DNA of 64,000 nt from Ardenticatenaceae bacterium (GCA_020634455.1 JACKBQ010000002.1:856606-920605), one strand, 5' to 3'; shown: positions 1 to 9,395, counted from the stretch's first letter. Notes: a model not told the origin generated them from the sequence alone. A program made the numbers and translations.

Positions 1-182
1 TCCACCCCCACGTTTTCCAAGATGTGCAGCGAGGCGTCGTGAATTTTTTGAATCTGCTCAGGCGCGAGAAAGTCGAACGGCCGTTGCGCATTCCTTACCG
101 TGCCAAAATCCATCTGCAACAGCGGCAGCGCCAATCGCTCGGCGCGTCGTTCGGCTCGTTTTGAGTTGCGTTGTCGGGTCAT
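1..182 (-). CDS. MttB-superfamily methyltransferase, N-terminal fragment (gene continues beyond window start)
   Basis: Reverse-strand ATG at 180-182. Translation MTRQRNSKRAERRAERLALPLLQMDFGTVRNAQRPFDFLAPEQIQKIHDASLHILENVGV runs off the window. An Arg-rich start followed by L..EQI..IH.ASL.ILE..G is typical of MttB-family N-termini. Too short to appear in the ORF track. Confidence 0.4.
   Translation of the reverse strand, partial: MTRQRNSKRAERRAERLALPLLQMDFGTVRNAQRPFDFLAPEQIQKIHDASLHILENVGV
77..84. repeat. ACGGCCGT highly iterated octamer palindrome (exemplar copy)
   Basis: Exact ACGGCCGT. Further hand-verified copies start at 280, 1063, 1135, 1543, 1609, 1795, 2231, 3423, 4021, 26845, 34137, 47511, 48844, 61542, 61868, 61979 and 62392. 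A manual scan gives roughly 110 copies in the window. Confidence 0.9.
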
Positions 183-189
183 AAGATTT

Positions 190-238
190 CACCCTCACCC
201 CAACCCTCTCCCTCAAGGGAGAGGGCTAGGGTGGGGGT
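190..238 (-). repeat. GGGAGAGGG-type hairpin element, short copy, abutting the stop codon of the S9 peptidase gene
   Basis: CACCCTCACCCCAACCCTCTCCCTCAAGGGAGAGGGCTAGGGTGGGGGT. CCCTCTCCC pairs with GGGAGAGGG, and the outer CACCCTCACCCC is partly complementary to CTAGGGTGGGGG. Same flanks as the longer copy at 35624-35706. Confidence 0.7.
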
Positions 239-2109
239 CAGTTCCTGGGCAGCAAATACCAATCTAAAAATGTTTCCATACGGCCGTAAAAATCCAAAAC
301 CGTCTTCTTCAACAAAAAGCCGTGCGCTTCCCCGGCGTACGTCTTGTACTCAAACGTCTTGCCCGCGTGGCGCAGCGCCTCCACCCACTCCTCCGACGCC
401 TGCGGCGGCACCACCGTGTCATCCAGCCCGTGGGCCACAAAAACCGGCTTCTGCACATTCTCCACCTGGGCGATGGGCGACGCCGCCACGTGTACCGGCC
501 GGTTCTCCGCCGGATGGCCCAGGAAAATCTCCGTGTACAGCCGCAAATCCCGGTTGCACTGTGCCCAGGAGCTGACGATGTTCGAGTCGCCGTACTTGTT
601 CACGCCGCAGGCAAACAAATACTCAGGATCGCGGCTGAGGCAGCAGGCTGTCATGTAGCCGCCGTAGCTGCTGCCAAAAATACCAATCCGCGCTGGATCG
701 ATGTCGCCAAACTGGTGCAGATAACGCGCTCCGTGCAGGCAATCTTGCGTGTCGCCCACGCCCCAATCGTTGTAGTTGGCGTGTTCAAACGTCACGCCGT
801 ATCCCGTGCTGCCGCGATAGTTGGGGGCCAGCCAGGTGTACCCCTTGGCCACAAAATATTGCGCCCAAATGTCCCAGCCAAAATTGTACAGCGACGACGG
901 CCCGCCGTGTGGATACAGCACCGCCGCTCCGTTGGATTTGGCCGGGCGGTACAAAAAAGCGGGAATCTCCAGCCCGTCAAAACTTTTGTAGCTCACCAGT
1001 TCGGGCATCACCAACGGATTGGCGGCGAGAGCGGGCAGGTTGGAGAAGGTGAGTTGCGTGGTACGGCCGTTCTCCACTTCCACCTTGTACAAATCCGCAG
1101 GCAAAATGGGGTCCTCGTACTCCACCGTCAAGAAACGGCCGTCGGGCGACCAGTTGGGCAAGGCATGAACCCCGTTGCCCGCCCGCAGCGTCCGCACGTC
1201 GCCCGATTGGGCATCCAGCAGCGCCAGCTCATACGCGCCCTGGCGATTGATGCTGCACGCAATCTGGCTCCCATCGGGCGACCAGGCAAGATCGGCAAAA
1301 TCGGCTCCCTCGTGCGACAGTTGGCGCAAGCCAGAACCATCCGGCCGCACCAGCCACACCTCGTTAAATTCCGGCCGCTGCGAGATGAAAGCAATCTGCT
1401 GCCCATCCGGCGACCAGATGCCGCCCCAGTTGCGCAGCTTGGGCGTGTGGGTCAGCTCGCGCACCTGCCCCGTTTCCAGTTCCACCAGCCAGATGTCTAG
1501 CCGGTTCATGTCGTCGAAGGGGCGGTGGGTGAAGAGGAGGAAACGGCCGTCTGGCGACGGTTTGGCATTCCAGGCATCCCCCGGCGTGTGTGCAATTTGG
1601 CGGGGCCAACGGCCGTCTCGGTCTGTGAGCAGCAGCTGCACCTGGTCATTGCGCTCCACGCTCACCACCAGCTGGTTGCTGTCTGGCAGCCACACCGGGG
1701 AAAAAGCAGAAGAGGCAAAACTGCTAATCTTTTGCGGCAAACCACCAGCGGCGGGAGCGATGTGGACGTGATCTTGCATGGTGAAGGCCAGGAAACGGCC
1801 GTCTGGCGACCACTGCGGCACTTCATCGGCCCAGTACGCCACCACCGCCCGCCGCGTGGAGATGCGGCGCGGCCAGCCGCCCGCGCTGGGCATCACGTAC
1901 ACGTCCGACTGGTCTTCGCGGTCCCAGATAAAGGCGATTTGCTCGCCGACGGGCGAAAGTTGGTGGTTGCGCACCCGGTTCACGGCGGGAATCAGGGCCG
2001 GGTCCCAGCCGTTTGGCGGCTTCAAGTCTGGTCGCTTCACCGCAGGCCAGCCCTGCCGCTCGTACTTCTCTTCAATCACCTGCCCATCGGGGTTTCGCAC
2101 CACACTCAT
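238..2109 (-). CDS. S9 family serine peptidase (prolyl oligopeptidase / acylaminoacyl-peptidase type) with N-terminal beta-propeller
   Basis: 623-aa ORF. Repeated propeller blades (WSPDGRFLAF, PSPDGRFLLF, WSPDGQQIAF, WSPDGSQIAC, WSPDGRFLTV). C-terminal alpha/beta hydrolase with the GSSYGGY nucleophile elbow, HGLDD and EAHGF. Confidence 0.9.
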   Translation of the reverse strand: MSVVRNPDGQVIEEKYERQGWPAVKRPDLKPPNGWDPALIPAVNRVRNHQLSPVGEQIAFIWDREDQSDVYVMPSAGGWPRRISTRRAVVAYWADEVPQWSPDGRFLAFTMQDHVHIAPAAGGLPQKISSFASSAFSPVWLPDSNQLVVSVERNDQVQLLLTDRDGRWPRQIAHTPGDAWNAKPSPDGRFLLFTHRPFDDMNRLDIWLVELETGQVRELTHTPKLRNWGGIWSPDGQQIAFISQRPEFNEVWLVRPDGSGLRQLSHEGADFADLAWSPDGSQIACSINRQGAYELALLDAQSGDVRTLRAGNGVHALPNWSPDGRFLTVEYEDPILPADLYKVEVENGRTTQLTFSNLPALAANPLVMPELVSYKSFDGLEIPAFLYRPAKSNGAAVLYPHGGPSSLYNFGWDIWAQYFVAKGYTWLAPNYRGSTGYGVTFEHANYNDWGVGDTQDCLHGARYLHQFGDIDPARIGIFGSSYGGYMTACCLSRDPEYLFACGVNKYGDSNIVSSWAQCNRDLRLYTEIFLGHPAENRPVHVAASPIAQVENVQKPVFVAHGLDDTVVPPQASEEWVEALRHAGKTFEYKTYAGEAHGFLLKKTVLDFYGRMETFLDWYLLPRN

Positions 2110-2310
2110 CTGTTTACTCCTTGCTGACTTTGTAACGTGTAAATTTCAAAAGTCTCGTATCTTTTGGAAAGGAACAGATTGTTGATAAGGCTTTTGAAAT
2201 CTTTTCATTCGGGAAAATTGTGGGAATTATACGGCCGTACCCCCACATCAGGTAGGAACTGACAAAAAACTACGGGGTAGGGCCAAAACTGGCTATACTT
2301 TGGACAAAAA

Positions 2311-2405
2311 GCGGAACACAGAGGGGCACGGAGAAACTGCAGAGCTACACAGAGAATTTATTTCTCTGAGTAACCCTGTGTCTCCTCTGCGAAACTCTGT
2401 GTTCC
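2311..2405. repeat. CACAGAG-word long imperfect hairpin in the spacer upstream of the S15 peptidase gene
   Basis: GCGGAACACAGAG (2311-2323) is complementary to CTCTGTGTTCC (2395-2405). Inner GCAGAG/CTCTGC and ACACAGAGAA/TTCTCTGAGT pairings. Same word family as 8905-8985 and 38941-39015. Confidence 0.7.
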
Positions 2406-2431
2406 AAAAAAACATCCAAAAAGAGACACCT

Positions 2432-4456
2432 ATGAAAATTCGCACCAACTTTCCCCACACCGTCACCATCCTGGAAAACGTCTGGATTCCCCTGGCCGAC
2501 GGCACCCGTCTGGCAGCCAAAATCTGGCTGCCAGACAGTGCCCACAACCAGCCCGTGCCCGCCCTGCTAGAATACATCCCCTACCGTAAAAGCGACTACA
2601 CCTCAGGCCGCGACGCCAAGCGACAGGCGTACTTTGCGGGCTACGGCTACGCCAACATCCGCGTGGACATGCGCGGCAGCGGCGACTCCGACGGCATCCT
2701 CTACGATGAGTACCTGCCGCAAGAGCAGGACGACGCACTGGAACTACTGGCCTGGATTGCCGCCCAGCCGTGGTGTGATGGCAACATCGGCATGCACGGC
2801 ATTTCTTGGGGCGGCTTCAACAGCCTGCAAGTGGCCGCCCGCCGCCCGCCTCAGCTCAAAGCAATCATCGCCATCGGCGCAACCGACGACCGCTACCACG
2901 ACGACGTGCATTACATGGGCGGCTGCCTGCTCACCTCGCAAATGCTGCCCTGGGCGTCGCTGATGTTTGCCTACAATCCGTCGCCGCCCGACCCGCGCTG
3001 GGTGGGCGACAAGTGGCGCGAGATGTGGCTGGAGCGATTGGAGCAATCGCCGCCGTTCATCGAAAAATGGTTGGAACACCAGACACGGGATGCATACTGG
3101 AAACATGGCTCCGTCCGCGAAAATTACGCCGACATCGAGATTCCGGTCTACATGGTCGGCGGCTGGGCCGACAGCTACAACAACTCGATTCTGCGTCTGA
3201 TGGCGGGGTTAAGTGGGCCGCGCAAGGCGCTCATCGGGCCGTGGTCGCACGCCTTCCCGGAGCAGTGCGGGTCGCCCGGCCCGGCGATTGGCTTTTTGCA
3301 GGAGAGTTTGCGCTGGTGGGATCATTGGCTGAAGGGGATTGACACGGGGATCATGGACGAGCCGATGATTCGCACCTGGCTGCAAGACGGGGTGCCGCCC
3401 GCGCCCAATTACAAGGAGAGAAACGGCCGTTGGCTCACCGAACCCTCCTGGCCATCCCCCAACATCCAGGAAAAACTCTACTTTTTGAACGAAAATCGGC
3501 TGGACAATGCCCCGCAGCCGACGCAAGAAATCAGCTTTGTCGGGCTGCAAAATCACGGGTTGGACGGCGGCGGCTGGGGCGGGCACGGCTCGCCTGGCGA
3601 ATCCCCCGGCGACCAGCGCCCCGCCGACGGCGAAAGCCTCACCTTTACCAGCCAGCCATTAGCCGAACCAATGAACCTGCTGGGCAACGCCGAAGTGCAG
3701 CTAAAGTTGAAAGTAGACCAGCCATTGGCTTTGGTGGCGGTGCGGTTGTGTGATGTGGACGAAGACGGCCGTTCCACCCTCGTCACCTGGGGCTTGCTCA
3801 ACCTCACTCATCGCCACAGCCACGAAAACCCGGAACCACTGGTGCTTGGAGAAGTCTACACCGTCACCGTGCCGCTCAACGTGATGGCCTACCAATTGCC
3901 TGCCGGGCACAGCTGGCGGGTTGGGATTTCGCCCACTTACCTGCGGCACGCCTGGCCGTCGCCAAAACCTGTGACGCTGACGCTGCTGTTGGGTGAGGGA
4001 TGCAAATTGGTGGTGCCGGAACGGCCGTTCCTCCCCAGCGACACCAATCTGCCCGACTTCCCGCCGGCCGAAATTGCCCCGCCAGAACCAATCGAAACGT
4101 TGCGGCACGAAATCCGTCGCCAGACCGTGACTCGCGAAGCCACGACGGGCACCACCACCTTCACCTTGCATCAAGATTCCGGCCGCATCCGCTACAAAAA
4201 TCACGGCCTGGAGCTGGACGATATCAGCACCCACACGCTCACTATCCGAGATGATGATCCGCTGTCGCTAGAGCAAACCGTGGCTTTTCGGTTGGAGTAT
4301 AAGCGTGGCGACTGGCAGGTGACGATGAAAACGGAGAGCAAGCTAACCGCCGACGCTGAATATTTTTATCTCTCGAACTTTTTGGAAGGGTATGAAGGCA
4401 GTACGCGGCTGTTTTGCAAAGCGTGGACAAAGCAAATTGCTCGTAATGGCCTTTAG
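2432..4456 (+). CDS. CocE/NonD family hydrolase (X-Pro dipeptidyl-peptidase S15 family)
   Basis: The ORF track starts at 2300, but its first 44 codons translate the spacer repeat. ATG 2432 (MKIRTNFPHTVTILENVWIPLADGTRL...) fits family N-termini. GISWGG nucleophile motif, LEYIPYRK, and a long C-terminal beta-sandwich region. Confidence 0.85.
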   Translation: MKIRTNFPHTVTILENVWIPLADGTRLAAKIWLPDSAHNQPVPALLEYIPYRKSDYTSGRDAKRQAYFAGYGYANIRVDMRGSGDSDGILYDEYLPQEQDDALELLAWIAAQPWCDGNIGMHGISWGGFNSLQVAARRPPQLKAIIAIGATDDRYHDDVHYMGGCLLTSQMLPWASLMFAYNPSPPDPRWVGDKWREMWLERLEQSPPFIEKWLEHQTRDAYWKHGSVRENYADIEIPVYMVGGWADSYNNSILRLMAGLSGPRKALIGPWSHAFPEQCGSPGPAIGFLQESLRWWDHWLKGIDTGIMDEPMIRTWLQDGVPPAPNYKERNGRWLTEPSWPSPNIQEKLYFLNENRLDNAPQPTQEISFVGLQNHGLDGGGWGGHGSPGESPGDQRPADGESLTFTSQPLAEPMNLLGNAEVQLKLKVDQPLALVAVRLCDVDEDGRSTLVTWGLLNLTHRHSHENPEPLVLGEVYTVTVPLNVMAYQLPAGHSWRVGISPTYLRHAWPSPKPVTLTLLLGEGCKLVVPERPFLPSDTNLPDFPPAEIAPPEPIETLRHEIRRQTVTREATTGTTTFTLHQDSGRIRYKNHGLELDDISTHTLTIRDDDPLSLEQTVAFRLEYKRGDWQVTMKTESKLTADAEYFYLSNFLEGYEGSTRLFCKAWTKQIARNGL

Positions 4457-4581
4457 CTGACCTGGCAGGCGTTACAAGGCTTTCTTGCTGCTTACGTTTG
4501 ATCGGTTTCAGATCGCGTACTGCCTAAACTGCTAAGTATGGCAGATTTTTCGTAGACTTTTGTGACTACGAGGAGGCAAAA

Positions 4582-5532
4582 ATGATCGTTGCGAACCGAA
4601 TTGATAGTTATGTGCCAAGATGGCGATGCCAATTTGTGATGTTTTCTATTTTGGCCTTGCTGGTTGTGGGTGGCTGTGCGCCCTCGGTTGAGCCAGCCCT
4701 GCCGGTGTCAACGGAGGTCGTGGCTACAGCAACAACGGAGATTGTGATTACAGCAACGGCCGTTCTCCCCACTCAGCCGCCTCCCACACCCACTTTATCG
4801 CCCACCATCACCGCAACAAATCTACCGCCAACCGTTACCCCGCCGCCCACTGCCACGCCCATACCCCCGGCTACCGCAATACCCTCTGCCATCTCCATGC
4901 CAGAGCCATCTCCGACGTCAATGGTGGTTGCTTTTGGCGGTGTACAACTGCTGTGGGACGGCCGTATTGCCGACCAAATTGTGCCTATGGAAGAAACCTG
5001 GGGGGAGATGCGCTACACTGTCTTCAAATTTGCGCCAGAAGGGTTATGCCGGGAAGTTGGTTGCATAGAAATTTATGATGTAGCAGCCTACGAAGCAGAG
5101 AAACCTGGGTTTCCACTGCCGCCGCTGGGTGCTGGCATCGTGCTCAGTATCCCAAGCCAAAACATCAGCTTTGCCAATGGCAGCGGTGCGCGACGTTTGC
5201 GTATTTATGGGCAGGACGGCTTTTTTGCTAACAACGAAGCGCTACTTTATGAGTTTGCCGGGTATACGGCAGACGGCCGTTTTTACATCCTGGCCACCAT
5301 TCCCCTAGACTCGTCTATTTTGCTCAGTACCTATGATCCCGCTCAGAATAGCAATCCTAACGCCATCCCCGTGCCCGCCGAACTGCCCAGCGACCCAATA
5401 GAGCTGGGGGCAATCATATTTGACTATAACCGGGAGGTGGAGCCGCATCTCGCCGAACAACCAGCGAATCAATTCAGCCCCAATTTGGATCTGCTGGATG
5501 CGCTCATTGCATCGCTAGTTGTAGAACTATAG
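4582..5532 (+). CDS. hypothetical lipoprotein with Thr/Pro-rich linker
   Basis: AGGAGG 8 nt upstream of ATG 4582. Hydrophobic N-terminus ending in the lipobox-like LVVGGC. About 45-aa T/P-rich linker. About 200-aa C-terminal domain without motifs I recognise. Confidence 0.65.
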   Translation: MIVANRIDSYVPRWRCQFVMFSILALLVVGGCAPSVEPALPVSTEVVATATTEIVITATAVLPTQPPPTPTLSPTITATNLPPTVTPPPTATPIPPATAIPSAISMPEPSPTSMVVAFGGVQLLWDGRIADQIVPMEETWGEMRYTVFKFAPEGLCREVGCIEIYDVAAYEAEKPGFPLPPLGAGIVLSIPSQNISFANGSGARRLRIYGQDGFFANNEALLYEFAGYTADGRFYILATIPLDSSILLSTYDPAQNSNPNAIPVPAELPSDPIELGAIIFDYNREVEPHLAEQPANQFSPNLDLLDALIASLVVEL

Positions 5533-5701
5533 GTGGCAATTTATGAACCGAATAATCACCCTTCCCCGAATTTATCTCTTTTTTGCCCTGGCAATTTTCC
5601 AGCCCGCTGGTTATGCGCGTGGAGGCGGATCAGCTAACTCAGGTGACCAATTTAATAACGGATGCAGTCGTTGTGGATGAGAACGGCCGTATCTGGTTGG
5701 T

Positions 5702-6286
5702 TTGGGTAAAATGGGGAGCATGGGTAAGAAGATTCGTTTGTTTATTGCGATTGATTTGCCGGAAGCGGTGAAGGATGTGCTGGCGGAAACGGCCGTTCGC
5801 CTCTCGCAAAACGTACCAAACCGGGCGATCCGCTGGGTCAGTCATGACCAGATGCACCTGACACTTCGTTTTTTGGGGGATACGGCCGTCTCCCAACTCC
5901 CTGATTTGCAACAAGAATTAGCCAAACTGGCCACGCAATACCAACCGTTTCAGCTGTGGCTGCGCGGGGCGGGGGCGTTTCCCAACCCCAAACGGCCGCG
6001 CGTGGTGTGGGTGGGTTTGGCGGGCGATCTGGCTCCGCTGCAAAAGATGCAGGCTACATTGGAAGATCGGGTGGTGGCGTTGGGCTGGGCGCGTGAGAAA
6101 CGGCCGTTTAGCCCTCATCTAACTTTGGGACGGGTAAAGGATGCAGGGCAGGCGCGAGGCCTAAATTGGGATGTGAAATTGGTGGAGGTGGGGTTTGGGG
6201 TAACGGCCGTTCAGCTGGTGCAGAGTGAATTACGGTCGTCTGGTGCAGTGTACACTGTTTTGCAGGAAGTTCCGCTCAATCCATAG
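5702..6286 (+). CDS. thpR: RNA 2',3'-cyclic phosphodiesterase (2H phosphoesterase, LigT/ThpR)
   Basis: Two H-x-T-x motifs (HLTLRFLG and HLTLGRV) at the spacing expected for 2H phosphoesterases. Start is ambiguous (TTG 5702, ATG 5711 or ATG 5720). Confidence 0.85.
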   Translation: MGKMGSMGKKIRLFIAIDLPEAVKDVLAETAVRLSQNVPNRAIRWVSHDQMHLTLRFLGDTAVSQLPDLQQELAKLATQYQPFQLWLRGAGAFPNPKRPRVVWVGLAGDLAPLQKMQATLEDRVVALGWAREKRPFSPHLTLGRVKDAGQARGLNWDVKLVEVGFGVTAVQLVQSELRSSGAVYTVLQEVPLNP

Positions 6287-6881
6287 GTAGTTGCGCCAGT
6301 TGATTTGAGGAATGGGGGATATACTCGTTGTTGCTGTGCTGAATGTGGCGCAACGTTGGGTAATCCAGCGGGGCACTTAAGAAATTATTCACGTCCCGCG
6401 TGGATTTCAGATGAATGATCTGCTTCTCATGAGCAATCGCGTCAAGCTGCTGCATGACAAATGGTTTAGCCCGGTCTGGGTAGCTAAGAACGTGCCGTAC
6501 AAACTGGAACAGTTGTGGGTCAAGCAACGGCTCCGTGCAGCCATCGGCAATGTCGGGGCGGGGGCGGTTGTGGTACTCAATTCGTCGTTTAATGGCACGA
6601 AAGGCACAAATCCAAGGAGGCAAATCGAGAAAAACCACAGAATCGGCCGTTTCCAGGCGAATATCTAACGTCTCCCGATAATTGCCATCCATAATCCAGG
6701 CATCGCGCTGAACCAGTTTGTAGACAGCGTTGCGCCATTCAAGGGCAGGTGTACCAACCCAACCAGGATGCCAAAAATGCCGATCCAGATGAATGACGGG
6801 AAGCTCTAATTTGGCACCGAGTTGACGGGCCAAGGTGGATTTGCCAGAGCCACTTGAACCAATAATGAGTACGCGCTTCAT
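6276..6881 (-). CDS. adenylate-kinase-like P-loop NTPase (topology-modulation-protein type)
   Basis: The track ORF is 6276-7019. Met47 (ATG at 6881) gives MKRVLIIGSSGSGKSTLARQLGAKLELPVIHLD, putting Walker A at the extreme N-terminus as in the ~200-aa family members. Confidence 0.7.
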   Translation of the reverse strand: MKRVLIIGSSGSGKSTLARQLGAKLELPVIHLDRHFWHPGWVGTPALEWRNAVYKLVQRDAWIMDGNYRETLDIRLETADSVVFLDLPPWICAFRAIKRRIEYHNRPRPDIADGCTEPLLDPQLFQFVRHVLSYPDRAKPFVMQQLDAIAHEKQIIHLKSTRDVNNFLSAPLDYPTLRHIQHSNNEYIPHSSNQLAQLPMD

Positions 6882-7136
6882 TTTATTGCTGCCCCCTAGC
6901 GGGCGAAACCTACCGGGATGCTTAAACGTTTGCTGTGTGCGATAATGGTTTTTAACCGATTTGGGAGCCACAGATTGCGCCCAATTAAATTCACTGTTTA
7001 AAGAATTTTGAATGCTCATAAAACTACCAGTAAATGAACAAATTTGGTGTTGTCGCTGCTGGGGTGTAAGGCTGTGCTTCTTGACAACGGGATAATTTGA
7101 TTAGATGGTGTCATCCTAAAACAAAGAGGAAAAATT

Positions 7137-8900
7137 GTGAGTGAATTTGACGTTAATAGATCACAGCAGACTGACAAAAGTACCACTGGTCGCTGGGTCT
7201 TATCCCACCTTTCACACCACAAGTTGCTCATTATTGGCATGTTTGTTGGCGCTTTTGGCAATGCGGCGCTGGCGGCTGTGGTTCCCGTGCTTATTGGCCG
7301 TGCGTTTGATGCGGCGCTGGCTTCGCCAGCCGATTTGCGCACCATTGGCTTGATGGCGTTGGGGGTGATTGGCAGCCAGTCGGTGCGGGCTGTGTTGCAG
7401 TTGGGGCGTAACTTTTCTAGCGCGGTGATGGGCGAGCGGCTGGAGCGGGACATGCGCGAGGAGCTTTATATCAGTTTGCTAGGCAAGAGCACCGCCTTCC
7501 ACGATTCGCAGCCGGTTGGCGATACCATGGCGCGGGCCACCAATGATGTCCATGAAGTCAATCTGCTCATGAATCCGGGGGTGAATTTAGTAGCTGGTTC
7601 GGCCAATTTTATGCTTATGCCGCTGCTGGTGGCTCCCAGTTATCACCCACAGTTGGCGGCTGCGCCGTTGTTTTTTATGGTCACTTACATTTTGGCAGTG
7701 GTGCGGTATTTGCGGGTGCTGCAAGGGGTGGCGGATCGGGTGCGGCGGGCGTTTGGAACGTTGAACGGCCGTCTCGCCGAAGCAATTGACGGGATTGAGC
7801 TGGTAAAAAGTACGGCGCAGGAAGTACAGGAAATTGGCTTGTTCAACGACAACGCAACCGGGTATCGGGATGCGGCCGTGGAGCAGGGCAAAATTGAAGC
7901 CCGCTTTTTGCCGCTGCTGCTGCTGGGCATTACCCAGGGGCTGGGTTTTATGCACGCGCTCTACCTGTTCAACCTGGGGCAGATTGATGTGGGGGATGTG
8001 GTTGCCTACATGGGGCTGCTGGCGCTGTTTGGCTTTCCTACGTTTATTTCGCTCATGGCTTATTCGCGGGTGTCGTTAGGTCTGGCTGGGGCACGGCGTA
8101 TTTTGGAGCTGATGAATGCGGAGACGCTGCTGGACGAAAATGCAACGGGTCACCAGGCGGAAATTGAAGGTGCGGTGACGTTTGAGAATGTTGCCTTTGG
8201 CTATGCAGATGGCTCGCCTATACTGCAAAATATTAGTTTTGCCATTGTGCCAGGGCAGACGGTGGCCATTGTGGGGCAGACGGGGGCGGGCAAAAGCACA
8301 TTGGCCAAGCTGATTAACCGGACATACGATGTGGGAAACGGCCGTCTTCTGGTAGACGGCATGGATGTGCGAGAGTGGAACCTGGCGGCGCTGCGGCGGC
8401 AAATTTCCATTATTGAACAAGACATCTTTTTGTTTTCGCGTACCGTCGGGGAAAATATTGCGTTTGGTTGCCCTGGCGCTACACAGGCGATGATCGAGGA
8501 TGCGGCCAAAGCGGCCCAGGCCCACGACTTTATCCTGAACTTTAAGGATGGTTATGAGACGGTGATTGGCGAGCGCGGTGTGACGCTTTCTGGTGGGCAG
8601 CGGCAGCGGCTGGCGCTGGCGCGGGCGTTCCTCACCCGGCCGCGCATCCTCATTTTGGATGATTCTACCAGCGCGGTGGACAGCGCCACGGAAGATCAGA
8701 TTCAGCAGGCCATTGTGCAGGCGGCGGCCCGCCAAACCACCATTTTAATCACCCATCGGCTATCGCAGATTCGCTGGGCAGACAAGGTGGTGGTGATGCG
8801 CAAGGGGCGGATGGAGGCGGTGGGCAGCCACGAGGAGCTGATGGCCAGTTCGGTGGCGTATCGCCGCATTTTTGAGCAGTACGAGGCGATTGAAGAGTAG
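7137..8900 (+). CDS. ABC exporter, fused permease/ATPase half-transporter (MsbA/MdlB type)
   Basis: N-terminal multi-TM exporter domain. NBD with Walker [10 protein letters not shown], signature LSGGQRQR, Walker [10 protein letters not shown] and H-loop ITHRL. Confidence 0.92.
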   Translation: MSEFDVNRSQQTDKSTTGRWVLSHLSHHKLLIIGMFVGAFGNAALAAVVPVLIGRAFDAALASPADLRTIGLMALGVIGSQSVRAVLQLGRNFSSAVMGERLERDMREELYISLLGKSTAFHDSQPVGDTMARATNDVHEVNLLMNPGVNLVAGSANFMLMPLLVAPSYHPQLAAAPLFFMVTYILAVVRYLRVLQGVADRVRRAFGTLNGRLAEAIDGIELVKSTAQEVQEIGLFNDNATGYRDAAVEQGKIEARFLPLLLLGITQGLGFMHALYLFNLGQIDVGDVVAYMGLLALFGFPTFISLMAYSRVSLGLAGARRILELMNAETLLDENATGHQAEIEGAVTFENVAFGYADGSPILQNISFAIVPGQTVAIVGQTGAGKSTLAKLINRTYDVGNGRLLVDGMDVREWNLAALRRQISIIEQDIFLFSRTVGENIAFGCPGATQAMIEDAAKAAQAHDFILNFKDGYETVIGERGVTLSGGQRQRLALARAFLTRPRILILDDSTSAVDSATEDQIQQAIVQAAARQTTILITHRLSQIRWADKVVVMRKGRMEAVGSHEELMASSVAYRRIFEQYEAIEE

Positions 8901-8904
8901 AAAA

Positions 8905-8985
8905 ATCCGCAGATTTCGCAGATTTGCGCAGATTGCGCTTGCAGATTTTTTAATCTCTCTGTGAAACTCTGTGTTCCGCTTTTTA
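8905..8985 (+). repeat. CGCAGAT/CTCTGTG word-repeat element directly after the ABC gene stop, ending in a T-run
   Basis: ATCCGCAGATTTCGCAGATTTGCGCAGATTGCGCTTGCAGATTTTTTAATCTCTCTGTGAAACTCTGTGTTCCGCTTTTT. Aligns almost base for base with the reverse complement of 38941-39015, differing in word copy number. Confidence 0.75.
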
Positions 8986-8996
8986 GGGGAAAATTT

Positions 8997-9224
8997 ATGA
9001 AAGCACTTGTGTATTATTGCCGCTGGCATGAGGCCAGTTTGAGATTGCGGGGGCGGGATAGTACGGCCGTTTGGGGCCATCTTGTCTACAACACAGAAAC
9101 GCCAGACGAAACGATGCAAGCATTTCGCTTTGAGCTGAAAACGTGGCGGCTTACGCTGCAAACCGAAGACGGCGAGGAAACGATTCAGCTAGATGAGATG
9201 GGGGTTGTGCAGTCTGAAAATTAG
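8997..9224 (+). CDS. hypothetical small protein (weak call)
   Basis: ATG 8997 within track ORF 8961-9224 (MKALVYYCRWHEASLRL...). No motif recognised. Its 3' end overlaps a P-loop gene remnant on the other strand. Confidence 0.3.
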   Translation: MKALVYYCRWHEASLRLRGRDSTAVWGHLVYNTETPDETMQAFRFELKTWRLTLQTEDGEETIQLDEMGVVQSEN

Positions 9225-9296
9225 GCGGGTGGCTAGCTGCTGTGCCAGCGTAGATTTGCCTGCACCACTCGTGCTTATGATGACAATTTGCTTCAT
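9189..9296 (-). pseudogene. truncated remnant of a P-loop NTPase gene (paralogue of 6276-6881)
   Basis: Reverse-strand ATG at 9294-9296 gives [25 protein letters not shown] followed by IFRLHNPHLI and a stop (35 aa). The first 25 residues parallel MKRVLIIGSSGSGKSTLARQLGAKL of the intact gene. No family-like sequence continues in any frame. Confidence 0.55.
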
Positions 9297-9313
9297 TATT
9301 AGGCAAAAACAGG

Positions 9314-9368
9314 ACACAGATGCACACAGATTACACGGATTTTCTGTTTTGTCTGTGTAAATCTGTGT
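9314..9368 (-). repeat. CACAGAT-word hairpin just downstream of the relA/spoT stop
   Basis: ACACAGAT (9314-9321) pairs with ATCTGTGT (9361-9368), with further CACAGATTACAC / GTCTGTGTAA pairing. Confidence 0.65.
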
Positions 9369-9395
9369 TTACCGGTGTCTAGTTCAAAATAAAGA

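Noticed and set aside
322-1500. Long antisense or shadow ORFs in the six-frame track. Examples are 322-1500 (+), 18090-19142 (+), 19559-20869 (-), 21774-22529 (+), 24504-25169 (+), 28932-29924 (+), 30562-31557 (+) and 15654-16307 (+).
   Set aside because: Each lies opposite a gene with strong family motifs. Each has Arg/Gly/His/Ala-rich composition typical of GC-rich antisense frames, and shows no recognisable motifs or RBS.
2300-2431. The N-terminal 44 codons of the CocE/NonD ORF-track model (MDKKRNTEGHGETAELHREFISLSNPVSPLRNSVFQKNIQKETP).
   Set aside because: This peptide is the translation of the CACAGAG-word spacer hairpin (2311-2405). The family-like N-terminus begins at ATG 2432.
5543-5700. 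A 45-codon ORF (5543-5680, MNRIITLPRIYLFFALAIFQPAGYARGGGSANSGDQFNNGCSRCG) with a signal-peptide-like start. In the +1 frame there is a propeller-blade-like peptide (VEADQLTQVTNLITDAVVVDENGRIWLVW). Together these could be a frameshifted remnant of a large sensor gene or a small secreted peptide.
   Set aside because: Too short and motif-poor to support either reading from sequence alone. No RBS is evident. Recorded only as a possibility.
8905-8985. The tandem word repeats in spacers as possible CRISPR arrays.
   Set aside because: The units are only 7-10 nt, directly abutting or inverted. There are no unique spacers of 25-40 nt and no cas genes in the window.
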